64,000 bases of DNA, from the NCBI RefSeq assembly GCF_963921235.1, contig NC_086109.1:4032001-4096000 (forward strand), given 5' to 3'. The first letter of the stretch is position 1; each line of letters opens with the position of its first letter. The notes beneath the pieces were generated by a model. It was not told the origin of the DNA. It was given only the letters and a program-made list of their open reading frames with translations, and ran no database searches. Shown here piece after piece: positions 50,935 through 62,679 of this stretch. The translations under genes were made by a program, and so were the position numbers. Source of the DNA: Mobula hypostoma (Eukaryota).

Positions 50935-51560
50935 AACAAGACCGGACATAGATTGGGGGACTGCTTTGTCAATCACCTTTGCTCCATCCACAAAAAGCAG
51001 GATTTCCCAGTGGCCAAGCATTTTAATTCCAATCCTCATTCCCATTCGGATATGATAGTCCATGGCCTCCCCTACTGCCATGAAAGGGCCACTCTCAGAT
51101 TGGAGGGGTAACACCATTATATTTTGTCATCTCAACCTGGTGGTATAAACATAGATTTCTCTAACTTCTGATAATTTTCTCCTTCCACCATCCCTCCTCT
51201 TCCATTCCCCACTCTGGCTCCCCTCTCACTCTCACCTGTCTATCGCCTCTCCCTGGTTCCCTTCTTCCTTCCCCTTCTCTCATGGTCTACTCTTTCTTTT
51301 TCTATCAGATTCCTTCCTCTACAGCCTCTTATCTTTTCTACCTATCACCTCCCAACTTCTCACTTCAACCCCTCCCCCACTCATCTGGCTTCACCTATCA
51401 TCTTCTATCTTGTCCTCCTACCGCACCCCCCCCCTTCCTTTACAGCCCAAATCGTTGACTGCTTATTCATTTCCATAGATGGGGCCCGACCCAATGAGTT
51501 CCTCCAGGATTTTGTCTGTGTTGCTCTGGGTTTCCAGCATCTGCAGAATCTCTTGTGTTT
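50935..51560 (+). mobile_element. Old PLE 3' fragment nested in CR1
   Basis: caggatttcccagtggcc..cattttaattcc and gatttctctaacttc match the PLE GIY-YIG end, followed by the pyrimidine-rich UTR and terminal repeat. Confidence 0.75.
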
Positions 51561-52869
51561 GTTTATGTTCTGTTGAAGTTGCACAAGACATTGGTGAGGA
51601 CTAGTTTGGAGTATTGTGTACAGTTCTGGTCACCTACCTACAGGAAAGATATCAATACAATTGAAAGAGTACGGAGAAAATTCACTAGACTTAATTCCCT
51701 GGAGTGTAGGAGAATGAAGGGAGATTTAATAGAGAGTATATAAAATTATGAGGGGTATAGATAAGATAAATACAAGTAGGCTTTTCCCACCAAAGTTGGA
51801 TGAGATTAAGTCTCCAGGTCATAGGTTAAAGGTGAAAGGTCAAATGTTTAAGGGGAATATGAGGGGAAACTTCTTCACTCAGAAGGTGGTGAGAGTGTGG
51901 AACGAGCTGCCAGCACAAGTGGTGGAAGTGGGTTCGATTTCAATGTTTAAGAGGTTTGGATAAGCACATGGATGGGAAAGGTATAGTGGGCCATGGTCCA
52001 GTGCAGGTTGATGGGATCTGGCAGAATAATAGTCCAGCATGGAGAAGATGGGCCAAAGGGCCTGTTTCTGTGCTATTGTTCTCTGTGACTCTATTAGCAC
52101 TAGAATGTGAGGCAGCACTTGCAGGATGTTCCCAGCTCCACCTTGGGGTGTGTTGGTTGGTTGTTAAAACATGGGGCGTATTTCACTATATGTTTTAGAC
52201 TATAAAACTGTTAGATACAGGAGCAGAATTAGGATGCCCATCAAGTCTGCTCAGCCATTTTCCTCTCAGCCCCAATCTCCTGCCTTCTCCCCATATCCCT
52301 TCATGACCTGACTAATCAAGAATCTGTCACCTCTGCCTTAAATATACCCGATGACTTGTCCTCTACAGCCGTCTGTGGCAACAAATTCCACAGATTCACC
52401 ACTCTCTGGCTAAAGAAATTCCTCCTCATCTCCACTCTAACTGGACATTCCTCTATTCTGAGGCTGTGCCCTCAAGTCCTGGACTCCCCCACCATGGGAA
52501 ACATCTTCTCCACAATGAGTCCTTTCAACATTCGCTAGGTTTCAATGAGCCAATCCCTCATTCTTCTGAATTCCAGTGAGTACAGGCCCAGAGCCATCAA
52601 TCAGTCCACAAATAGTAACTTTTTTCATTCCAGGAATCATCCTTGTGAACCTCCTCTGAATCTTCTCCAATGTCAGCAAATCCTTTCTTAGATAAGGGGT
52701 CTTAAACTTCTGACAATGCTCCAAGTCAGGTCTCACTGGTGCTTTATAAAGTCTCAACTTTACATCCTTGCTTTTATATTCTAGTCCAATTGAAATGAAT
52801 GCTAACATTGCATTTGCCTTCCTCACCACAGACTCAACCTGCAAATTAACAGCACTCTAGCATTGTACT

Positions 52870-53150
52870 TAGCACAACGATTTACAGTACCAGCGAGAGG
52901 GTTCAATTCCTGCTGCTGCCTGTAAGGAGTTTGTAGCTTCTCCCCATGGTCTCGTGGGTTTCCTCCAAGTGCTCTGGTTTTCTCCCACAGTCTAAAGTCA
53001 TACCGGTAGGTTGGTAGGTTAATTGGTCATTGTAAGTTGTCCTTTGATTAGGCTAGGATTAAATCAGGGATTGCTGGGCAGCGTGGCTCAGAGGGCCAGA
53101 AGAACCTATTCCACGCTATATCTCAATAAACAAATAAACAAACAAACAAA
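52870..53150 (+). mobile_element. V-SINE/HE1-like SINE
   Basis: gggttcaattcc B box, V-domain-like core, (aaac)n tail. Confidence 0.72.
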
Positions 53151-53785
53151 CAGACATTTAGGGAATCCTGCACGAGGGGTCCCAAGTCTCTTTGCCCCTC
53201 AGATGTACATGTGACAAACCAACTCCTCTGAATCTGAATCTGGAGCAGCAAACAATCGGCTGACAATTCCTTTCCTCCCACTGAGACCCTCCAGCGGATT
53301 GTTCTCTGCAGTCCTTGACAATGCTGCTCACATCCTGAAGATGAAGGGCAAACCGGCCCTTTAACAAGTCCACACAGGAGCTGGTACAGAATGAAACTCC
53401 GGTTCAGGAGAGGTTGTAGTCAGAGGTGTTCTCTCAAATGGGAGGGGCAGGGGGTCAGAGGTGTTCCTCTCTGAAAGGGGAGAAGTTGGAGGTCAGAGGT
53501 GTTTCCCTCTGAAACTAATGAAAAGCAAAAATAGTGGTAGCCTAAATTAGAAACCAAACATACTGGTGATACTCAGCAGGTCAGGCAGCATCTGTGGTGA
53601 GATGGACTGTCTGAGCAGCACTGATTTCCAGCATTTGCAGTCTCAGTCACCAAGCCACTCATGCACTGGTTCTAACTGTAACCCAGACTGTTATTTTCTT
53701 TTTAAAATCCACACAGAACTTCCAGCTCCCGAAGGGAGTTTTTCTGATTGTGAAGCTTACTCGGTGTCCATGACGTCCTGCTTAC

Positions 53786-53944
53786 CGCGCCCTCTCTCCC
53801 TCTGCGGGACTACCAGATGTGGACAACAGCTGTCGTTGGCTATGGTTCCTGCCCCACTTCCCCCAGTGTCCAGTTCATGGATCGCACCAGAGGGATACAC
53901 TCCAGCTGCAGAGTTGGTTGAAGCCACGTGTCTGAGACAAGGGC
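53786..53944 (-). CDS. Candidate internal exon of an unidentified host gene
   Basis: Acceptor tttagtttgtttgtag|, donor |gtaagc; 159 nt, phase 1-1, one open frame (PCLRHVASTNSAAGVYPSGAIHELDTGGSGAGTIANDSCCPHLVVPQRERGR); no recognised homology. Confidence 0.3.
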
Positions 53945-54039
53945 CTACAAACAAACTAAACCTCAGTGTTCAACCCAGTGAACCGAGCAGGTCGAAAATC
54001 AAAGGAACCACAGTGTGATACACTCAGAAGTGTTCAGTG

Positions 54040-56366
54040 CACAGTCAGGGTACAGAATGGTGTTTACACAGTGAGAGGGTACAGAATGGTGTCACACAGT
54101 GACAGGGTACAGAATAATGTCACATAGTGACAGGGTACAGAATGGTGTTTACACAGTGACAGGGTACAGAATGGTGTCACACAGTGACAGGGTACAGAAT
54201 AGTGTTTACACAGTGACAGGTGTACAGAATGGTGTCACACAGTGACAGGGTACAGAATAGTGTCACATAGTGACAGGATACAGAATAATATCACATAGTG
54301 ACAGGGTACAGAATGGTGTTTACACAGTGACAGGGTACAGAATAGTGTCACACAGTGACAGGGTACAGAATAGTGTTTACACAGTGACAGGTGTACAGAA
54401 TGGTGTCACACAGTGACAGGGTACAGAATAGTGTCACATAGTGACAGGGTACAGAATGGTGTTTACACAGTGACAAAGTACTGAACGGTGATTACACAGT
54501 GACAGGGTACAGAATGGTGTCACACAGTGCCAAGGTACAGAATAGTGTCACATAGTGACAGGGTACAGAATGGTGTCACATAGTGACAGGGTACAGAATG
54601 GTGATTACACAGTGATAGGGTACATAATAGTGTCACATAGTGACAGGGTACAGAATAGCGTCACACAGTGACAAGATGCAGAATAGTGTTTACACAGTGA
54701 CAGGATACAGAATGGTGTCACACAGTGACAGGGTACAGAATGGTGATTACACAGTGACAGGGTACAGAATAGTGTCACACAGTGACAGGGTACAGAATGG
54801 TGATTACACAGTGACAGGGTACAGAATGGTGTCACACAGTGACAGGGTACAGAATAATGTCACATAGTGACAGGGTACAGAATGGTGTTTACACAGTGAC
54901 AGAGTACAGAATGGTGTCACACAGTGACAGGGTACAGAATAGTGTTTACACAGTGACAGGTGTACAGAATGGTGTCACACAGTGCCAAGGTACAGAATAG
55001 TGTCACATAGTGACAGGGTACAGAATGGTGTCACATAGTGACAGGGTACAGAATGGTGATTACACAGTGATAGGGTACATAATAGTGTCACATAGTGACA
55101 GGGTACAGAATAGCGTCACACAGTGACAAGATGCAGAATAGTGTTTACACAGTGACAGGATACAGAATGGTGTCACACAGTGACAGGGTACAGAATGGTG
55201 ATTACACAGTGACAGGGAACAGAATAGTGTCACACAGTGACAGGGTACAGAATGGTGTTTACACAGTGACAAAGTACTGAACGGTGATTACACAGTGACA
55301 GGGTACAGAATGGTGTCACACAGTGCCAAGATACAGAATAGTGTCACATAGTGACAGGGTACAGAATGGTGTCACATAGTGACAGGGTACAGAATGGTGA
55401 TTACACAGTGATAGGGTACATAATAGTGTCACATAGTGACAGGGTACAGAATAGCATCACACAGTGACAAGATGCAGAATAGTGTTTACACAGTGACAGG
55501 ATATTGAATGGTGTCACACAGTGACAGGGTACAGAATGGTGATTACACAGTGACAGGGTACAGAATAGTGTCACACAGTGAGAGGGTACAGAATGGTGTT
55601 TACACAGTGACAAAGTACTGAACGGTGATTACACAGTGACAGGGTACAGAATGGTGTCACACAGTGCCAAGATACAGAATAGTGTCACATAGTGACAGGG
55701 TACAGAATGGTGTCACATAGTGACAGGGTACAGAATGGTGATTACACAGTGATAGGGTACATAATAGTGTCACATAGTGACAGGGTACAGAATAGCATCA
55801 CACAGTGACAAGATGCAGAATAGTGTTTACACAGTGACAGGATATTGAATGGTGTCACACAGTGACAGGGTACAGAATGGTGATTACACAGTGACAGGGT
55901 ACAGAATAGTGTCACACAGTGAGAGGGTACAGAATGGTGTCACACAGTGACAGGGTACAGAATAGTGTCACACAGTGACAGGGTACAGAATAATGTCACA
56001 TAGTGACAGGATTCAGAATCATTGTTTCACAGTGACAGGGTACAGAATAGTGTCACACAGTGACAGGATTCAGAATCATTGTTTCACAGTGACAGGGTAC
56101 AGAATGGTGATTACACAGTGCCAAGGTACAGAATAGTGTCACACAGTGACAGGGTACAGAATAGTGTCACACAGTGACAGGGTACAGAATGGTGATTACA
56201 CAGTGACAGGATTCAGAATCATTGTTTCACAGTGACAGGATACAGAATCATTGTTACACAATGACAGGGTACAGAATCATTGTTTCACAGTGACAGGGTA
56301 AAGAATGGTGTCACACAGTGACAGGGTACAGAATGGTGATTACACAGTGACAGGGTACAGAATCAT
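54040..56366. repeat. 29/31-bp satellite array (~2.3 kb) with higher-order repeats
   Basis: Unit cacagtgacagggtacagaat(g/a)gtgtca; the variant gtgatagggtacataatag recurs at 54612, 55067, 55408 and 55749. Confidence 0.97.
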
Positions 56367-56698
56367 TGATTAACTGCACACAATACTCCAGTTTTGGCCT
56401 CACAAATGTCCTATACAATTTCAATGTAACATCCCATCTCATGTATTCAGTACTTTGATTTATGAAGGCCAATGTGCCAAAAGCTTTCATAACGACCCTG
56501 TCAACCTGTGTTGATGAATAGAGGGACTTTGGGGTGCAAGCCTTTTTAGCTCCCTGGAAATAATGACACAGGTGGGTACACACACAAAATACTGGAGCAA
56601 CTCAGCAGGTCAGGCAGCATCTATGGAGAGGAGTAAACAGTCAACATTTTGAGCCAAGAGCATTCATCAGGACTGGGAAAGAAGAGGGCAGAGCCAGA

Positions 56699-57752
56699 GT
56701 ACTTTATACTTTATTGTCGCCAAACAATTGATACTAGAACGTACAATCATCACAGCGATATTTGATTCTGCGCTTCCAACTCCCTGAATTACAAATCGAT
56801 AGTAAATATTAAAAATTTAAATTATAAATCATAAATAGAAAATAGAAAATGTAAAGTAAGGTAGTGTAAAAAAAACCGACAGACAGGTCTGGATATTTGG
56901 AGGGTACGACCCAGATCTGGGTCAGGATCCGTTCAGCAGTCTTATCACAGTTGGAAAGAAGCTGTTCCCAAATCTGGCCGTACGAGTCTTCAAGCTCCTG
57001 AGCCTTCTCCCGGAGGGAAGAGGGACGAAAAGTGTGTTGGCTGGGTGGGTCGTGTCCTTGATTATCCTGACAGCACTGCTCCGACAGCATGGGGTGTAAA
57101 GTGAGTCCAAGGACGGAAGATTGGTTTGTGTGATGTGCTGCGCCGTGTTCACGATCTTCTGCAGTTTCTTCCGGTCTTGGACAGGACAACTTCCATGCCA
57201 GGTTGTGATGCACCCTAGAAGAATGCTTTCTACGGTGCATCTCTAAAAATTAGTGAGGGTTTTAGGGGACAGGTCAAATTTCTTTAGTTTTCTCAGGAAG
57301 TAAATGCGCTGGTGGGCCTTCTTGGCAGTGAACTCTGCTTGGCTGGACCAAGTCAGGTCATTTGTGATACTGACCCCAAGGAACTTAAAGCTTTTGACCT
57401 GTTCCACTTGCGCACCACCGATGTAAATTGGGTCGTGCGGTCTGCTACTCCTTCTGAAGTCAACAACCAATTCCTTCGTCTTGCTGACGTTGAGGGATAG
57501 GTTATTGTCTTCGCACCATGCCACCAGGTTCTTAATTTCCTCTCTGTACTCAAACTCATCATTACCCAAGATACGGCCTACAATTGTTGTGTCATCAGCA
57601 AACTTATATATTGAGTTTGATGGAAACTTGGCTACACAACCATAGGTGTACAGTGAGTACAGCAGGGGGCTGTGTACACAGCCTCGTGGGGCACCGGTGC
57701 TCAGAGTGATTGTAGAGGAGGGAGAGCTTGTCCCCTATTTTTACAGCCTGGG
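56699..57752 (-). mobile_element. Rex/Babar LINE RT/C-terminal fragment
   Basis: TGAPRGCVHSPLLYSLYT, KFADDTT, WCEDNNLSLNVSKTKELVVDFRR, LPSGRRLRSL..SFFPTVIRLLN. Confidence 0.92.
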
Positions 57753-59859
57753 TCGTGGGGGTGGAGGGGATAGGAAGAGAAGGATCTTACCAGGAAGTTT
57801 AGCAGGACATTGCCTGGAACAGAGGGCTGCAGTAATGGGAGACTGGATAGGACGGTATATCCTCACTGGAATATAGGAGGCTGAGAGGTGACCTTACAGA
57901 TGTTTGTAAAATTATAAGGGGTATAAGGGGTATAGATATGGAGATGGGTCTCAATCTTTTCCCTAGGGCAAGGGAGTCTAAAATTATATTTGTGAGAGGG
58001 GAATAACTTAAAGGCCATCCGAGGGACAACTTTTCCAAGTTTGTCAAGATAGGTATATTGAATAAGCTGACAGAACTGGTGGCGGAAGCTGGCACATTGA
58101 CAAAATTTAAAATGCATTTAGACAGGTACATGGATAGGAGAGGTTCAGGGAGGTAGGGGTCAAATGCAGGCCAATCTGACTAGCTCAAGTAGACAATGTG
58201 CTTGACAGTCGGGCTGAAAGGCCAGTTTTACTCAAGTTATAGAGTCATAGAAAAGTACAACACAGAAACAGATCCTTTGGCCTGTCTAGTCCATGCCGAC
58301 CCATTTAAACTGCCTACTCCCATCAACCTGCACATGAACCATGGCTCTCCATACCCCTACCATCTATGTACCTATCCAAACTTCTCTTACACATTGAAAT
58401 CGAGCTTGCATGCACCATTTACATTGGCAGCTCATTCCACACTCTCACCATCCTCTGTGTAAAGAAGTTTCCCTTCATGTTCCGCTTACATTTTTCACCT
58501 TTCACTCTTAACTCATGATCTCTAGTTGTAGTTCCAGCCAACCTCAGTTTTGCTGTATGATTCTATGACGAACTGAATTAATGACTTTCAAAAGTGACCC
58601 AGTTCTAGATTCTCTCACAAGAGGAAACATCCTCTCCACATCCGACCTCCTGAGATCCTTCTGGATCCATTACAGTTCAATCGTCCATTTCTTACTCTTG
58701 TAAACTCCAGCAGATGACATCTCGGGAGCAAAGCCTCCTGGAATTTAACTGCTCACAGAAAGGCCAAGGGGGACGGTCCAGACAAAGAGCGATCCAACCA
58801 GGACCTCATCGGTGGAGCTGGGTGAAGATGGCGACACGTCACAAGGCAGTGAAGGTGGAGGAAGGCTGTAGCAGGGAAGGATCCCCAGTCGTCTTGCATT
58901 CCATGTCACTGGACCCTGACCGCAATCTGTCATGGACCGCGTGGAGGCTGCACGTGCATTAGGCACCCCTTGTTAAACAAAGTCATGTGCAGACGTTCTC
59001 CATTAAGGGAATAATCCCTTAGGAGAACATCATACCCAACTGGAATGATCACGTCAAACAAAAGCAAAAAGTAGAAAGTATTTATTTATGTACATTTTAT
59101 TCCATATTCATCCTTTAATCTCTAACTTTATTAGCTATTTTTATTTATATATTTCTTTATTTTTATATAGTTTTTATTCTTTATAACTGTTGAAGGTTGT
59201 TGTTTTTAGTGCATGTCACACCCTGAGCAACACACCGTGGCAAGTTCCTAGTCCATGTAAATGTATTTGGCGAATAATTGATCCTTGATCCTTTCTGAGT
59301 TCCTTGAAGCACCTAAGTACTTGTCCACTGTGAATCTCTCTGCCTCTCTCAGCTCTGAAATCAGTTACTGTGGTTGCATTGGACAATTCCACATTTTCCC
59401 ATACACTGCCCCAATTCCAGGGTCTCGACCAGTCACCCACCATATTGACGTCCCCTTACTAATTTTGTTCCCTTCACTATTTATGTTGCTACCTATCCCT
59501 GTATCTTCAGTAATGATACCATCAGCACTTTCATCCAATTTATTTATGTAAGTGATAAAAACGTTCATGCTCCAACTCTGATCTATGTGACCCTGCCCTC
59601 GGTACATAGGCCAACCAGCGAAGGGCCTGCTTTTGCCCACTCTCCACTTCCTGTGGCCACCAATCTTCAATCCACACCAAAACATCATCTCCTACACCAT
59701 GAGCTTTGACTTAGGATGATAAACTTTGATGTGACTCCAGATCAGATGCCTACTGGAAACCTTGGTATACTATATCGATATGCTCCCCCTTATCCACACT
59801 CTTCTTCAGGGAATAATAAATTGGTCAAAAATGATTTCCCATTCAAACACTAGAGCGAC

Positions 59860-60115
59860 TATGCCTGAACTCCTTGACAGTAAGGATGGGGAGAGCCAGT
59901 CTTGGATAACTAAGGAAATAAAAGAAGGCATCAAACTATTGCGAAGAGTAGTGGGAAACTGGAAGATTGGGCAAAATTTTAAAAACAACAAAGAACCACT
60001 AAGTGAGCAATAAAGAAAAGGGAGATAGGTTATGAAAATAAACTAGCACAAAATATAAAAACAGATAGTAAAAGTTCTTATAATTATGTAAAGTGGAAAA
60101 TGGTGGTTAAAGTGA
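59860..60115 (+). mobile_element. CR1 LINE fragment, left part (split by the PLE)
   Basis: Encodes WITKEIKEGIK..YENKLAQNIKTDSK, collinear with the CR1 resuming at 62680. Confidence 0.85.
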
Positions 60116-60116
60116 C

Positions 60117-62285
60117 CTTCAACTGTCGGAGGCAGAACGCTCTGTTCTCAGTAAGGGCCTCACGTTTGTCCCCCTTCGCCCACACCTCAGCGAGTTCCGT
60201 GTTCGCCACGATGCGGAACTTTTCTTCCGCCGTCTCCGTCTCCAAGCCTACTTCTTCGGCAAGGACTCTTCCACCCCCACCGATGACCCCTTCTCCCGTC
60301 TTCAACCCTCCTCTTCTTCATGGACACCCCGCTCTGGTCTTCTGCCTGCTCTGGATCTCTTTATTGCCAACTGCCGACGGGACATCAACCGTCTCGACTT
60401 CACCGCACCTTGTCCCCATTCCAACCTCACTCCTTCGGAACGCTCTGCTCTCCACTCCCTCCGCACTAATCCTAACATTATTATTAAACCCGCTGATAAA
60501 GGGGGTGCTGTTGTAGTCTGGCGTACTGACCTCTACCTTGCCGAGGCACGGTGACAACTCGCGGATACCTCCTCTTATTTACCCCTCGATCGTGACCCCA
60601 CTAAGGAGCACCAGGCCATTGTCTCCCACACTATCAACGACTTTATCCGCTCAGGGGATCTCCCATCCACTGCTACCAACCTTATAGTTCCCACACCCCG
60701 CACTTCCCGTTTCTACCTCCTACCCAAGATCCACAAACCTGCCTGTCCTGGCCGACCTATTGTCTCAGCTTGCTCCTGCCCCACCGAACTCGTTTCTGCA
60801 TACCTCGACACGGTTTTATCCCCCCTTGTTCAATCCCTTCCGACCTATGTTCGTGACACTTCTCACGCTCTTAAACTTTTCGATGATTTTAAGTTCCCTG
60901 GCCCCCACCGCTTTATTTTCACCATGGATGTCCAGTCCCTATATACTTCCATCCCCCATCAGGAAGGTCTCAAAGCTCTACGCTTCTTTTTGGATTCCAG
61001 ACCTAATCAGTTCCCCTCTACCACCACTCTGCTCCGTCTAGCAGAATTAGTCCTTACTCTTAATAATTTCTCCTTTTGCTCCTCCCATTTCCTCCAAACT
61101 AAAGGTGTAGCTATGGGCACCCGTATGGGTCCTAGCTATGCCTGCCTTTTTGTTGGGTTTGTGGAACAATCTATGTTCCGTGCCTATTCTGGTATCTGTC
61201 CCCCACTTTTCCTTCGCTACATCGACGACTGCATTGGCGCTGCTTCCTGCACGCATGCAGACCTCGTTGACTTTATTAACTTTGCCTCCAACTTTCACCC
61301 TGCCCTCAAGTTTACCTGGTCCATTTCCGACACCTCCCTCCCCTTTCTAGATCTTTCTGTCTCTGTCTCTGGAGACAGCTTATCCACTGATGTCTACTAT
61401 AAGCCTACTGACTCTCACAGCTATCTGGACTATTCCTCTTCTCACCCTGTCTCTTGCAAAAACGCCATCCCCTTCTCGCAATTCCTCCGTCTCCGCCGCA
61501 TCTGCTCTCAGGATGAGGCTTTTCATTCTAGGACGAGGGAGATGTCTTCATTTTTTAAAGAAAGGGGCTTCCCTTCCTCCACTATCAACTCTGCTCTTAA
61601 ACGCATCTCCCCCATTTCACGTACATCTGCTCTCACTCCATCCTCCCACCACCCCACTAGGAATAGGGTTCCCCTGGTCCTCACCGACCACCCCACCAGC
61701 CTCCGGGTCCAACATATTATTCTCCGTAACTTCCGCCACCTCCAACGGGATCCCACCACTAAGCATATCTTTCCCTCCCCCCCTCTCTCTGCATTCCGCA
61801 GGGATCGCTCCCTACACAACTCCCTTGTCCATTCGTCCCCCCCATCCCTCCCCACTGATCTCCCTCCTGGCACTTATCCGTGTAAGCGGAACAAGTGCTA
61901 CACATGCCCTTACACTTCCTCCCTTACCACCATTCAGGGCCCCAAACAGTCCTTCCAGGTGAGGCATCACTTCACCTGTGAGTTGACTGGGGTGATATAC
62001 TGCGTCCGGTGCTCCCGATGTGGCCTTTTATATATTGGTGAGACCCGACGCAGACTGGGAGACCGCTTCGCTGAACATCTACGCTCTGTCCGCCAGAGAA
62101 AGCAGGATCTCCCAGTGGCCACACATTTTAATTCCACATCCCATTCCCATTCTGACATGTCTATCCACGGCCTCCTCTACTGTAAAGATGAAGCCACACT
62201 CAGGTTGGAGGAACAACACCTTATATTCCGTATGGGTAGCCTCCAACCTGATGGCATGAACATTGACTTCTCTAACTTCCGCTAG
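60117..62285 (+). pseudogene. PLE reverse transcriptase / GIY-YIG endonuclease ORF with one premature stop
   Basis: One frame throughout: LSKGLTF, IKPADKGGAVVV, TGA at 60552, FYLLPKIHK..GRPIVS, DVQSLYTSIP, GVAMGTRMGPSYACLF, RYIDD, Cys-rich linker, VIYCVRC..LYIGET..RFAEH. Confidence 0.95.
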
Positions 62286-62580
62286 GCCCCACCTCCCCCT
62301 CGTACCCCATCTGTTACTCTTTTTTATGCACACATTCTTTCTCTCACTCTCCTTTTTTTCCCTCTGTCCCTCTGAATATACCTCTTGCCCATCCTCTGGG
62401 TCACCCCCCCCCCCCGTCTTTCTTCCCGGACCTCCTGTCCCATGATCCTCTCGTATCCCCTTCTGCCTATCACCTGTCCAGCTCTTGGCTCTATCCCTCC
62501 CCCTCCTGTCTTCTCCTATCATTTTGGATCTCCCCTTCCCCCTCCAGCTTTCAAATCCCTTACTCACTCTTCCTTCAGTT

Positions 62581-62616
62581 AGTCCTGACGAAGGGTCTCG
62601 GCCTGAAACGTCGACT
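62581..62616 (+). ncRNA. Minimal type I hammerhead ribozyme motif (PLE-associated)
   Basis: AGTC-CTGACGA-A-GGGTCTCGGCCT-GAAA-CGTC-GACT; predicted cleavage after GUC at 62612. Confidence 0.82.
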
Positions 62617-62679
62617 GCGCCTCTTCCTATAGATGCTGCCTGGCCTGCTGCGTTCACCAGCAACTTTGATGTGTGTTGT

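Larger units (their letters stand above)
60116..62679 (+). mobile_element. Penelope-like retroelement (Neptune-like), 5'-truncated, young
   Basis: Perfect 12-bp TSD tggttaaagtga (60104-60115, 62680-62691); RT + GIY-YIG ORF; terminal repeat with hammerhead motif. Confidence 0.96.

Noticed and set aside
53566..54018. 150-aa + strand ORF
   Set aside because: Starts within a PLE terminal remnant, lacks an ATG start and has no recognisable domain
54040..56366. CRISPR-like array or antigen-receptor RSS cluster
   Set aside because: Units are head-to-tail with no unique spacers and no cas genes; CACAGTG heptamers lack nonamers and no V/D/J segments are seen
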